From positions 310,001-374,000 of the forward strand of contig NW_026515697.1 of assembly GCF_025526975.1 (NCBI RefSeq): 64,000 nt of DNA, written 5' to 3'. The notes beneath the pieces were generated by a model. The model worked only from the letters and a program-made list of their open reading frames with translations. It had not been told where the DNA came from and ran no database searches. Positions 47,301-60,286 of the stretch are shown piece after piece (position 1 is the first letter of the stretch; every line of letters begins with the position of its first letter). Position numbers and translations under genes: made by a program. The stretch is from Fimicolochytrium jonesii (Eukaryota).

Positions 47301-49157
47301 GAGGCTCCAGTCACTCGAACCCGATGATCAGGGCGCCATTATCGAATCAAGAGACGTCCAGTTCAATGAAAACAAGTTCTACAACAGCCTGGACAACGAA
47401 GATACACATGAAGACACGTCAGACCGCTCCTATGACAGCTTAGCTAGCTTTGAATTCGATCCTGAGCCTGACAACATCGTTTCACACGCACCCAAGCCCA
47501 CAGACACCCCCGAATTACGCCCGCACGCTGCAGGGGAGGATTCTGAGCTCCGTGACGCATCTCGCAACCCACAACCTGACACCGATCAATGGGCAGAGGC
47601 CCCAGAGGACCTAGACGACCAGGAAGACCAGGAAGATGACGACTAGGTGCACTACGGACGCATCACACGCTCCCAGAGCACTCAAATACGCCAAAGCAAC
47701 CTTGCCTATGCCCTGGCTACCGAAGTACTGCACACAGAGCCCAAAACCCTCAAGCAAGCCCTAAACTCCAATGACTCAGCCAAGTGGAAGGAAGCCGTGG
47801 ATGCTGGATACGCATGTCTTGTCAAGAACGGCACCTGGGAGCTCTGTCCAGCACCCAAAGATCGCAACCTTGTCGGATGCAAGTGGATTCACAGGATCAA
47901 GACGAATGCTGATGGCAGTATCGAACGCTACAAGGCCAGACTAGTCGCCCAAGGCTTCTCACAAGAAGAGGGACTTGACTACAACGAGACATTCGCACCA
48001 GTGGCCAAGTTCGACACCATTTGGCTACTCCTGTTGTGGGGAGCAGCTCAGGACCTCGAAATGGACCAAATGGACATGTCCACCGCATTCCTGAACCCGA
48101 CACTCAGTGAGGAGATCTATATGAAGCAGCCACCGGGCTGCATCAAGCCAGGAGAAGAGCATCTCGTGCTTAAACTCAAGAAGACACTCTATGGTCTTAA
48201 ACAAGCCCCCAGGGAATGGAACATCGAAATCCATGGCACTCTCGTTGAGAAAGGCTTCACTCGTCTTGATTCAGACCATTGCGTCTATATCAGGTTCTTT
48301 GAGGACTGGCTACTCATCCTGATCCTTTATGTGGACGATCTCATACTTTTGAGCAACAAGAGACTCGATCTTGACAGCTTCAAGGCCAAGGAACTTCAGA
48401 AGGCGTACGAAATGCGTGATCTAGGTGCCCTGCACTACTTCCTGGGTCTCCTAGTCACTCGAGACCGAGCCAAACGACTCCTGGCGCTCAACTAGACTGG
48501 GTACATTGGAAATGCCTTGAAACATATGGGATGACCGATTGCAAGCCTGTATCAACTCCCAGCGTCGTGGGAAGCCCTCTCACAAAGTCACAAGGGAAAT
48601 GGCACCTCAAACGCCTGAACAGACTGCAGAGATGCAGATCAAGCCCTATCGAGCCATTGTAGACAGTCTGATCTACGCAATGATCGGCACAAGACCAGAC
48701 ATAGCGCAACCAGTTGGAGCTGTGAGCTAGTTCTTCATCAATCCAGGCAAAGGACACCGGGCTATATCAAGATGACCAAACACCACCAACTTCGACTGGG
48801 AGCGGGCCAAGGAACCCCCAAACTCGTGGAATGGTCAGACTCAGACTGAGGAGGCTGCCCAGACACTCGAAGATCGACCACCAGATACCTCTTCACCTTC
48901 GGCGGTCCAGTAAGCTGGAAATCACGCAAACAACGCACTACAGCACTCTCCTCCAGCGAAGGCGAAAACATGGCACTCACTGACGCCTGTAAAGAAGCCA
49001 TGTGGCTCAGCCCTCTACTCAGAGAACTGAGCACGCACCAAGACAAGACAGAACTCGTCCAAACTCATCTTGAAAGACAACCAAGGAGCTATGGCACTCG
49101 CCACAAACCTAGTTCACCATGCACAAACCAAGCACATCGACATCAGATACCACTTAA
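44372..49157 (+). mobile_element. Co2 near-complete degenerate Copia lacking its 3' end (5' LTR 44372-44948)
   Basis: PBS (C)GTTATGAGCCC; gag KFTGENYHLWKFRM; CHRCGIDGHWKNEC; WIIDSGASSHM; integrase; RT YKARLVAQG/YVDD; RNase H up to KHIDIRYH. Confidence 0.95.
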
Positions 49158-49159
49158 TT

Positions 49160-50196
49160 GATGCCCCATGGGCGTCTGCCAAGTTGGCGGAAGGTGCTAC
49201 ACGCTACCACAAGCTCAGTCGAGCCCAATCTAGCTACTACACCGTGATCACAGCTCCATACGGGCACTGCTGACCGCTATGAGCTCTAAGAACATCATGA
49301 AAGCGCAGTGCTGACGCCTGGATGTCTGGGAAACGGTCCAGACATCTTCAGAGCCTCCCAAGACGCGTCCTAAGTCTTGCAGAGCCTTCTAAGTGCCGCA
49401 TCTTGATGCTGTTTTAATAGGCAGCAGCGCGCTGGTGTTGGATTCCAGCCTTTCTGAGGGCAAGGCCGAGTTTGGTAGATCCATATTCAGGTCCTTTGTC
49501 AGATCTGAGGACTTTGATTGACTTCCCGGTCTGCTTCTCTATAAGGGCCTTGTACTCTTCCCATGCATCAAAGGTGTCGCTTTTCTTGTTGAGGAGCTTG
49601 ACTTGTCATCTGGGGTTGTGGACTTCTGGACTTGTCATTGGTGAATGATGCAAAATAGGTGCAGCCCCCAAAGGTAGACGTCCTCATAGGCTCGCAGAGG
49701 TCAGCGTGGACGAGTGCCAGTACTTCTGTGGCTCGGGCAGCTTGTTTCTTCGGAAAGGGAGCTCTGGATTGCTTGGAGAGCGCGCAGACTTCGCAGATGT
49801 GGCCATCAGGGTGCCCGGTGACTCTGATGTTGCGTTGGTAGCAGTTGGTGAGCTTCTGAACATCTTGGGCATTCAGATGACCAAGTCTCTGATGCTAGAT
49901 ACGAAAAGGAGTGCTGCAAAGTGCTCCTGATGAGTGGGCGTGCGCAGTGATAGCTTGAGCCTTCATGGTGTAGAGACCATTCTCTTTGAAAGGTCTGAAA
50001 GTGAGAGCCCCATCTTTGGTCTTGATTGTGCACTCTGCACTCAAGAACTCGACTTGTGCTCCATTCTGAGCCCGCTGAGCTACTAAGATGAGGTTCTTTC
50101 TGAGTTAGGGAACGAACCAAACGTTTTGAAGGGTGTCAGCTTGCTCCCTGTGTGTTCTGATGGTAATGAAGCCCGTTCCGATGGCCAGAACTGACC
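49160..50196 (-). mobile_element. Co2 partial LTR (49160-49419) joined to a diverged Co2 protease/integrase fragment
   Basis: Reverse-complement matches to 44372-44640 and 46205-46965. Confidence 0.88.
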
Positions 50197-50910
50197 TGTG
50201 ATATGGACCACCATCCACACGGGTTCTATAACTGATGCTCGTATACAATAGCTACTTTGCTGTAAGGTATTGTAGACGGACTGGGTGTTTGCTATTTGTC
50301 ATGCAGGAAAATAGTTACTTCTTGTGAAAAGGAACGCGTAACAAGCACTGTTAAAGTACCCGTGAGGCTGGAGTCCACTGGAGAACACTCTTGAGACGCG
50401 TAGGCCAGATACACCTGTGTATCCACAGAATATACAGGTCTATTCTGCGAGGCCTGTCTCGCAGATGTGTGGTTCTCCAACTAGACCGGACAACCCACAT
50501 TACACCCCCCCCCAGATTCTACGATGCGAACCTACTCCAGCAAGCTCATACAAAGTGGAATATGAAGGTGTCCGGGATCGCACCCAGCGCCATCCTTAAA
50601 TGGTCCTCCTCGTTGGTCCAAAAAACCATGGTTCTGCAGCGGAAAGCTTCCCAGATGACCGTTGTGGGTAGCAACGTTTGCAAACCATTCTGGTTCAATG
50701 GTAATTGCCATCCACGCTACCTGCTACCAGCAGCGGGCATCCCAGCTGTGAATGCAACAGTTGTGCTTTGTATCACAAGTTCCCTAATACAAGTTGTCAG
50801 GCAACGGATGTACGCAACCATTGACCCAACAAAGCTCTGTTGTTCAGAGTCAACGCCTATGTGTACCTCCAGGCATACACACCACCGAGTCTCCAGGAGT
50901 GATCAGTTCC
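50197..50910 (-). mobile_element. Gy4 3' LTR (50197-50504) plus part of the 3' region
   Basis: Diverged direct repeat of 25492-26300. Confidence 0.87.
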
Positions 50911-51112
50911 TGTTGGAGGGATCATCCTCCCGAGTCCCCAGTTAGGGTTCCCATAGTTTATTTCCCCACGTGACTTCCCTCCCGCTTACGCCACGCTTCC
51001 GCGTATGGGACTTCACCCTTTTCTTCCCTTTCGGACCTCGCGTCCTCTTTCTACAAAAGACTTCAATACATACTTCACAGTACTCCATCTCACACAACAT
51101 AGAGTTCGCTCA
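50911..51112 (+). repeat. Co1 LTR, 3'-truncated
   Basis: TGTTGGAGG start; matches 4965-5176. Confidence 0.9.
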
Positions 51113-52150
51113 TCTTGTTGGCCCATCTTTACTTCCGTGAGGTATGGCGCCATACAGGTACTGCAGCTGTGATCGTCGGAGATCGAGATCCACGCTTCCT
51201 GGCAGACTTCTGGAAGGCGTTTCAATCGTTGTTGGGCTCTAAGCAGAGCTTGAGCACGGCACAACATCAACAGACGGACGGAAAGGTCGAACGGTGTATC
51301 TCTATCTTGAAGAAGATGATTAAACCGTACCTTAATGTAACAGGAGACGATTGGATTGACAAACTGCCAATGTTGGAGTTTGCCTACAACCGTACGCAGA
51401 ACAGGACCCTTCATTGTGAAGAAGGAAGGACCACACCCGGAAACGTACGAGTCAGAGCTGCCAGCTTTGATGGGCGCTTTATACCCGGTCTTCCATACGG
51501 ATATCTTGAAGCCTTGGCACAAGCTGACTTCAGATCCGCTGCGCATCGACAATGTAGAGGACTCTAACCCAGGGCCCTTCCAGGTCAAAGGCGAGGAAGA
51601 ATACTATGTCGATAGATTATCGGACGTAGGTTGGTCCATGGAAAACCTGAGTATCTTGTTCAGTGAGTTGGTTACCCTTCTGAGCAGACGACATGGGAAA
51701 CGCATGAGCGAGTGAAAGACTGCGCTGCGTTAGATGACTTCATCTTGGTCCATGGTGAAGTAGAATTCAGATAAGCGAAAGCGGAAGCGCTCTAAGCGAC
51801 CTGAGGCTCTGCGACGCATGAGTGCACGGTTGGCTGGAGGCCATGAATGATCTGTAGCCGGATGGGACCTTCTGTCCAATAAAACATCGGATATCACTGC
51901 AATCAAGCAGAGAAGCTCTTGTTCACGATATCGTTGGACATAAGTCAAAAGCTGTGAAAGGGATTGCAACATGCTACACAAAACGAGTGTTAACACGACC
52001 CCTTGATGGTAAACGACATCCGCATTGGGTAAATGCGTTTACGGCCGCCGCCCATAATGAGTAAGCAGGAACTGATCACTCCTGGAGACTTGGTGGTGTA
52101 AATGCCCGGAGGTACACATAGGCGTTGACTCTGAACGACAGAGCTTTGTT
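51113..52150 (+). mobile_element. Gy4 integrase (internally deleted), chromodomain and 3' region
   Basis: IVGDRDPRF..HQQTDGKVER..EFAYN; inverted match to 26218-26965. Confidence 0.88.
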
Positions 52151-53999
52151 TGTTGGAGGTATCATCCTCCCGAGTCCCCGGTTAGGGTTCCCGTAGTTTA
52201 TTTCCTCACGTGAGTCCCCTCCCGCTTACGCCACGCTTCCACGTAGGGACTCCACTCTTTTCTTCCCCTTCGGACCTCGCGTCCTCTTTACACTTTAGAC
52301 TTTTCTGCACAAGACACTACATACTTCACAGTACAGCATTGCACACTACATAGAGATCGCTCAGTCATCTGCTTCCTCTGCCGACTACTGCTAAGTGGTT
52401 ATGAGCCCTGGCTTCGCCCGCAACTAGCGGACGTTCCAGGATAAAGAACTCACGGTCTCCAGTCACCGCTCTCTTAGTAAAGCACCAGGCCACCTAAAGA
52501 TTCAACAACCCAACCTCAGAAGGGCTACGCAGCTGCAGTGACAGCCAGCAAGCCCTCTGCTCAGCCTACCCGGTCCCAAGGAGGAGCTCTCCTGGGCCCA
52601 CTACCTGCGGCTACTAGAGGAGGAGGAAAGAAAGTTGAACAACCCCCTGTTGAGAGTTCTGAATCTATTAATCAGCGCTCTGGCATTGACTCACGTACTC
52701 CGCTTAATCAAGGCGTAGCCCGTCATGCCGACTTACGCAGTGAACCTACACCTACCCCGCCTTACAAAATGCCTGGTGAATTTGTGGATGAGAAGAAGAG
52801 GAAAGAGGAACTTTCTGCTACCATTGCAGAATGGAAAGACGTAACCACGCCATATGTGGATGCGCCTGAATCACGCAGACATGCCGGAACCGACCCCTTC
52901 CTGATGGATTCCATTCAGGAAGAACCTATGCCTGTCAAGCAGGAAGAGGAGATGCTTCAAATGAAGGATCAAATAGCCACTCTGACTGGATTGGTTACCT
53001 TGTTCTTGAATTCGGGCCGAGCGCCACAACAAGGTGGACCTACCGTCCCTCCGTGAACCCGCTTGCTCAGTCGCTTGTGAACAGCACTCGCTCTCAGTAT
53101 TCGACTAGCCCTATCCAGGCAAACGTGCCATATATGACCTCTGTGTCGCCGGCACCCCATGCGCCTCCTCAGCGCGCTATGGCCTACTCCGTCCCATACG
53201 CTTATAAAGCCCCGGAACAGCATCCTTACTTTCAACCTCGTTCTCAAGTCCCTGCTTTCGCTGAAATTCCTCAAGAAAGTGAACCTTTGAGACCAGTTAC
53301 TCCTGTAACGTCCCCTACGGCCGGCAAATCACCTTCCAAGGTCTTCGTTAATAGTACCCTCAGAAAACTTGGCACCTACAATGGTGAAGCCATTGTTGCC
53401 AAGCTACAAGTGTTCATTGATCACGTCGACGTGATTATGAAGTATCAGATGATTTCACCTTCCGAATGCGTAGACTTTGTCGTCAACGCGCTCACTGGAC
53501 CAGCTCTCCAGTGGTGGAAAAGCCTGCCTGAAAACGGCGCTTCTCCATAATTTCATGCCACGATATTCAAGACGCCTATGGACAGCCCCCGCAACTCGGA
53601 TTACGCTCCGCGATGTTGAGGCGCTTCATTCACCGGACTCATCCGCCGCAAGTTCTTCACAGACTGCGCGCTCTGAAGCCCAAGTCAATTAACCATCAAG
53701 GTTTAACCAAATTTGTTGCCCAGTTCAACCTTTTGGCTGGACAACTCCCCGGGCTCCCGGAATATGTGCTCTGTGCCGACTTCCTTCAAGCCCTTCCTGA
53801 GGATCTTAGTACCCTGATCACTGCTCAGGCTCAGTACAACGATAGACTTACTCCTTCTCAAGAACCCCCCAACTTCTGCATCAACGTCTTGGACAACCTG
53901 GAAACCACATTCTCCCGGTTATGCCTAAGATAGTAGAGGATTGGCCTTCAGTGGCGGCTACGCCGGACTCCGGCGCACGCTGCAATCCATGCGCTCTCG
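52151..53999 (+). mobile_element. Co1 copy 3 (5' LTR 52151-52396, PBS, gag, same internal deletion as copy 2)
   Basis: Inverted match to 36368-38207. Confidence 0.93.
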
Positions 54000-56645
54000 T
54001 GTAATGAGGTGCTGCAGGTGGCACCTTAGTGCGGGGAAGCGCGTAGGGCATGAGATCACGTGTAGCGTAGATTATATTGGAGTTCTACGCTCTGGGGTGA
54101 CTCCCGAAGGGAAGAAAAGCCTTCGGGCGGCGCCCCGGGAGGTAGAAACTCTAGAATTCTTTCAATACATCGAGCGGAGACAGAGCTAGCCTCTGGCAAC
54201 GGACCAAGCATTATTACATGGTAGCACCACCCTTCAAGATCTCTCCGGCAACCTACGATGAGCAACTCTTAGGCGAGTGCTAATACCGCCGTCAGCTATG
54301 CGGTAGTTAACAATGACCGCTTAGAGCTTGACCCATTTGAACACCCGCATCGAAGGGCGCAACGGCTCGACGGCGACCAACGCCAAGGCAACGGCCCCGC
54401 AGAGCGTAACCGCCCCTTGCACAGGCGCAGGGGGTCACCCCCGTGGTCGCCACCTGGAAGGAGGCACTCCCGCTCACGCTCATCTCGTCGACGTCGAAGC
54501 CCGGAACCCCGACGCCGGAATCGGATGCCAGAGCGATACAGGCGCGGACGATGAGGTCGCAGGAGCATCTCCCCCCCCGTCGAAGGAGCCGCTCAGCAAG
54601 CCGCTACCGCAGCCGCTCCCCGGCAAGGACCCGAAGCCGCTCCCCCATGCGGCGCAGGAGCCGTACCCCAGCCCAACAGGAGAACGGACAGGCAACAATC
54701 CTCCAAATCCTAGCCCAGCTGGCCAACACCAACGCCCAACTCCAGCAGCGATTCGAGCGCCTGGAGAGGGACCGCCCAGATGACAGCCCCTTCGCTGGAG
54801 TACGTGTTAGCCGCGAGGACCATTTGGCGGCTAGCGAAGAGCGTAAGCGCAAGGCGGCCGCCGAGAAGGAGTTCCGAACCACCTTGGCTAAGATGCTGAC
54901 CAAGTTCAATGGTAAGGCTAATGGTAAAGACATGGTCGCCAAACTGGACGAGTTCGTTGACGCCCACCTACGCTATCTGGAAGCCACCGAATTCAGAACG
55001 GAGGACGGGGACGTGAAACACTTCGTAGCCCACTTGTCGGGAGACGCCGCTGAGCGGTGGAAGCTCGAGGCTCGCTCCGGAGAGCCTCCCGCCACCCGGG
55101 AACGGTTCCTGAAGGCACTCAGGCGCAGGTTCTACCCCACCAACCTCCGTAGCTTGATCAAGGCGAAACTGGCCGCCCTGAAGTTCAAAGACAGCATGTC
55201 AGACTACGTTTCGGCCTTCAACGCACTGACCACACAGATCGCTATCCTCCCCAAAAAGGAACATCTCACGGCACAACAGGAACGTGACTACTTCCTGAAC
55301 AGGCTGACCTTCCACCAGGTCGGACGTTGCATCCGTGAGCAGTGTTACCAGTTCATCCTACAACAGGGCAATGAGGACGAAGACATTTCCATCAAGACCC
55401 TCCAGCAAGCCGCCCAGAGGGCCTTCAGCATCAGGGGTTATGCCGACGGATCGCCCGCATTTCGGAAGACGGCAAACAGATCCAACCCGCAACGGCCACT
55501 TTGGCCCAGGCTCGCCACAAGCGCAATACGCCCCGCACCTTCAACTCCAACCGAGTACCCCTTGGGAAGGAGAGGAAAACTCAGCGAGGCGAATGTCAAA
55601 CTTGCAGCAGCAAGGACCACTACGCCCGAGCATGCCCTAAGAACCCGGACCGACTCAAGATCTCGGCGGCGCCCGCCGAGGCCTTTGACGATGACAACGA
55701 CGAGTTCCATTCGGCCGCGGAGGAGCCCCCGAGCCCCGCATACTCCGTTGACAGTCAGGATTGTCTCCCCAGGGCCTGACCGCCCGAGCGCCTCAGCGTC
55801 CAGACAACCCGAGGGACCTACCGGACCCCGACTGCAGGACATCATTCCGGAATACCGCCCCGGGCCCGTCATTGACAAGCACACGTTCATGGTCCATGGA
55901 CGTGTCGGCGGCATATTATGTCGCATCCTCATAGACACTGGTTGCAATACCATGCTCATCAGTGACTCATTTGCCCAACGCCATGATCTTAACACGTACG
56001 ACTGTCCCACGCCCCTCGAGGTCGCTGGGGTGACAAAGCCGGATCATACGGCGCCACGCGGATGATTTGTGCCGACCTGTCCGTCTTCACGGAGGAACAA
56101 ATACCTCATAAGACCCCTCGGGTCCCGTTCGTTGTGGCCTCAATCCGCGCGGATGTTATCCTAGGGCTACCCTACATCTTGGACCTAAACCTCATACGCT
56201 TATGGCGCGACAACAGGTTCCTGGTGCTTCAATTTGAGGATAACGCAACCGTACTAACTTTCCGAGCTAAACCCACCACCCGCCGATGGCAACAACCCAG
56301 CGCTTGCGCGGCCCGGTTACTCGAACCTCATACGGGCCCTTGCCCCCGCCGTTTCTACCCAAAGCGCGCGGCCTTAAATGAGGGGGGCTTCCTCACGGCC
56401 AAACAATTCAAGCGAGCGATCAAGAGGGATAAAACCACCGAGGTCTGTACCGCATGGGTCTCACGAACGGACACGGAGGTGGACCTGGCCACAGACGACG
56501 CCCTCGCGGACGTCGCCGAAGCCAAGGCTAACTTCGTTCGCACGGTCGAGGCGAAGAAAAGTGCGTTCCTGACGAACCGAAAGGCAACGGCCACCCCTCC
56601 GGATACCACCCCGGAGGATCCCCTCGGATCGGTCGCCGCCGACCA
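54000..56645 (+). mobile_element. Gy2 5' half (LTR 54000-54218, PBS, gag, protease); duplicate of 33722-36367
   Basis: Near-identical ORF translations (540-aa ORFs 34302-35924 and 54443-56065) and the same insertion site in Co1. Confidence 0.95.
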
Positions 56646-56800
56646 TAGCTGAGGTGGTGAAGATGTTGGCGTGCATTTCGCCATCACCGCTTCGTCGCTG
56701 GCTTCAATACTCAAGCTTGCGGCTCCAAAACGCGCGGTGCGCTTTGTGAAACGGTCATCGAAATCCATATGGGGTGCACACAGCTCTTTGTCCACTGACT

Positions 56801-57425
56801 GTACTTTCAAACCCGTTCTCAAAGCCCTCCTTTCGCTGAAATTCCACACGAAAGTGCATCTGTGAGACCTGTTACTCCCGTAACACCCCGTACGGCCGGC
56901 AAATCAGCTTCCAAAGTCTTCATCAACACTACCCTTAGTAAACTCGGCACCTACAACGGCGACCCCAATGTTACCAAGCTTCAAGGGTTCCTTGATCACA
57001 TCGACGTGATTATGAAGTACCAGATGATTTTGCCTTCCGAATGCGTAGACTTTGTCATCAACGCACTCACTGGATCTGCTATCCAGTGGTAGAAAAGCCT
57101 TCGCGAAGCCGACCGCTCCTCCATTATTTCATGGCACGATATTCAAGATGTCTATGGACTGCCTCCTCGACTCAGACTATGCTCCGCGATGTTAAGGCGC
57201 TTCATTCCCCGCACTCATTTGCCGCAAGTTCTTAACAGACTGCGCGCATTGAAGCCCAGGTCTGTTAACCATCAAGGTTTAACCAAATTCGTCGCCCAGT
57301 TCAACCTTTTGGCTGGACAACTCCTTGGGCTCCTGGAATACATGCTCTGTGCCGATTTCCTTCAAGCTCTACCCAAGAATTTGAGTACCTTGGTCACTGC
57401 CCAGGAACAATACGAGGATAATCTT
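56801..57425 (+). mobile_element. Co1 gag fragment
   Basis: Matches about 6040-6665. Confidence 0.9.
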
Positions 57426-58720
57426 CGTCTTTAGAGAAAACGGACGGAGGTGTCCGTTTCCAGTAGTGATGTGATAGAAATGGCTATAGCGAGAGTAAAC
57501 AAGAGACAGCTGTACAGCCTTCCCCATACCCTGGAGTCTCTTCATATGGCACCACCAACGCCGAGGACTACATGGGTGGGATGCCTTGCGATATGCAATC
57601 TTGCTGCAGGAAAGCTGTTGGAAACGCACGATACCAGAGTATCAGCCACAGCAGCGGCGTTTGGACCGGGTATGTGAAGCTCGGATCTATTCTCCATGTA
57701 GTAAAGGTTGACAGTTATATCAAGGTGCGCCCTCCCTGTCGCTAGGATCGCCAATAGTCGAACGTAGCATTCGACCATGAAGGTGAACACTTCCGGGTCC
57801 CCATGTTGTCCTGCTATGGTCAAAGCTGCACTCAGGAGGTTGCAGGACTGGTGTCCCCCTTGAGAGTCGCCGCTGAAGCTGTTCATGTTGTTCTTGTTTG
57901 TTTCACGTGAGACACTGAAGGTACCAAAGTATGTTTCTATCTTGATGCATTACAACGAAAAAAAAAAATGTGACCCGCAAACGCACTTAGCTACAATCAC
58001 CTCCGGACTGCAATCCAGACATGCAACTAACTGATACAGCTCGGGTTCGATATCTGCCCTTCTGTTTTCAATGGTGAGTCAGTGTATGAAAGGGGATGGC
58101 CCAACCGCACAGCGTTTGGGGATACTGAGAGCGCGGTGGCAGGGGTAGCTGCATTGACTACCCATGCTTTCCCTGCTGCAAGGATCTCGTTCGGAACCAG
58201 CAGCACGATGTGGCCTGCGGGAACATAGCAGTAGCGTTGGCCCGATGGCACGGCGTATCCTGGCAAGTTAGCTGTTGACACAGTATCTGACGGTGGGACA
58301 GACATGGCTCTCAGCTCGTTTGAAATGGATCAATGGGTGCACGATTCTGAGAAAGGGCACCTTTCCCGTCACTATTTTTCAAACATAACAAGTCCGCCCA
58401 ATCAATGTCATACATAAGTGAGCTATCGCATCCGTATGGTTTCTTTGCGTAGGGCTCGACATAATCAAGGGGGTTATAGTGGTCTCATGCTGTGATCCAG
58501 TCGAACGAAAGGATCCAACGACAGCAAGAAAGCGCGCATCATCTGCCAGTAGAGTGGTTCACTGCAAATGCATAGGATTCGTACTCATATCGATCAATCA
58601 CAGCAGCTGTGCAGCTTCTACCGTCCAGCTCGCATCGCAAGGGTTACTATTTCGTAGCCCAGCGCCCTCTTCTCAAACACATGGAAAACGCGAAAACCGG
58701 TAGGATGCAGACCGACTCCC

Positions 58721-60182
58721 CTAGGCCAGCGAGTGCCGCTGGTATGGTATGCGCTCTCCGCCCAATGGAGTGAAGGCACCTGCGGCTAGCAGAACTGCGA
58801 CCACGTTGTAGACAAAGGCCCAAGAGAAGTTCGCTATGATGGTACGCCGGGCGCGTTTGGGAATGATTAGCGTGTCAGGAACTGCTAGCGTTCTTGGTTG
58901 GAGGAGGATCACATCCGCGGTGCTCAACGCTAAGTCTGTTCCTGAGCCAAAGGCAATACCAACATTCGCTTGCGCTAAAGCAGGAGCATCATTGGATCCA
59001 TCTCCCACAAATGCCACACGGTGTCCTCTCTGTTGAAAGGCTTTCAGGCGCGTCAGTTTGTCTGCTGGGGGGCAACCGTCAACGCAGGTCGAAGCATCAA
59101 GTCCTGAAGATACCGGTTAATAGGAGAGCAGCGTTGTGCAAGAAGTACATGTATGGCTATACCTATCGCTGTAGCTATTTGTTCGACGCTCTCAATGTGA
59201 TCCCCACTGAGAATGCGGACTTCAATCCCCACAGACAACAAGAAGTGAACCGCCTGCTTTGCGTCAGGGCGGAGTAGATCTTTGAGGCCATACATGGCAA
59301 CGAGGGTCCCGTCAACAGACACCGCTACCACTACGATCAGTATGTTACTCTGATGATGTCCTACAGCGTCCAAACGAAAGCGACCTACAACAGTCCTCAC
59401 TCACCTGAGCATCCACTTTGCTGGGCATGCAATAGAGCCGATTGCATGCGGGGACAAGCCGCGCCCTGAGTCACCCATGAACGTCGGCCGAGCTGAACCA
59501 CGGAGCCGTTCACGAGACCCTCAATGCCCAATCCAGGTATGCTTGATACCCCCGAGACGGTGGGAGGTTTTCCACGCCTTACATTCTCCAGTTGGTTGGC
59601 AACTGCACGCGCAAGCACATGCTCGCTCAAAGACGCGATGGCATGTACAGTACAGTAGATGCCACTTCTTCCCGCCCGAGACTTTGTCCGTAGAACTCCT
59701 CCACGATGGTGAACTGTCCAGTGGTGAGAGTCCCCGTCTTATCGAAAACGACCATATTGATAGAAGCAGCCGTCTCAAGACTTGTGCCATTCTTCAAAAG
59801 AATCCCACGTAGTGCGGACACCCCCGCCGCTATCACGATGACCGTCGGAACAGTTGAAAGGGTTGCATCTTTTAGCATCTACGCCCTGGGGGCCAATGAA
59901 GAGTAGCTTAGCGTACCTAGCCCCACCGCACATGGGCATGAAACAATAAGAACAGCAATGGCATACAACAACGCCTCGATAGCAGGCGAGCGTCCTCCCA
60001 CAGTGTGTCCGGACAATCCTACTCCCAGCCATACAGAGAACACTGTGCCAGCATTGACGAGAACAGCTGGTGTGAAAGGCAGGAGGAGAATCACTTCTGC
60101 TTCGAGCCGTGCGGTGGGACACACAATGCACGAACAATTTTTGCTGCCGAATCGCGTGCTGTTGCTGTGTCCGGCAGGTCAT
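58721..60182 (-). pseudogene. Heavy-metal (Cu/Cd-type) P1B-ATPase pseudogene, C-terminal half
   Basis: [45 protein letters not shown] and WAFVYN occur in the right order but across at least five broken ORFs. Confidence 0.9.
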
Positions 60183-60286
60183 GTAGAGGAATTACATTCT
60201 GCTAAAACTCGGGGTTGAGGTTAAGGTTGATATTAGTCTTAGCTTACTTCCTAGGAATGTGTAATAGCTGGTTGCCTGTTTGGGTT

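Noticed and set aside
1..57425. Repeat-induced point mutation (RIP)
   Set aside because: Several stops fit C-to-T changes, but the repeats remain GC-rich with long ORFs and near-identical duplicates. Dinucleotide indices would be needed and could not be computed.
57542..58305. Short minus-strand ORFs (114 aa and 92 aa)
   Set aside because: No recognisable motif or supportable splice structure; may be gene remnants but cannot be called.
60210..60230. Telomere-like GGGGTTGAGGTTAAGGTTGA, and GGTTAGGGTT in the Co1 LTR
   Set aside because: Only one to three imperfect units; compatible with chance.
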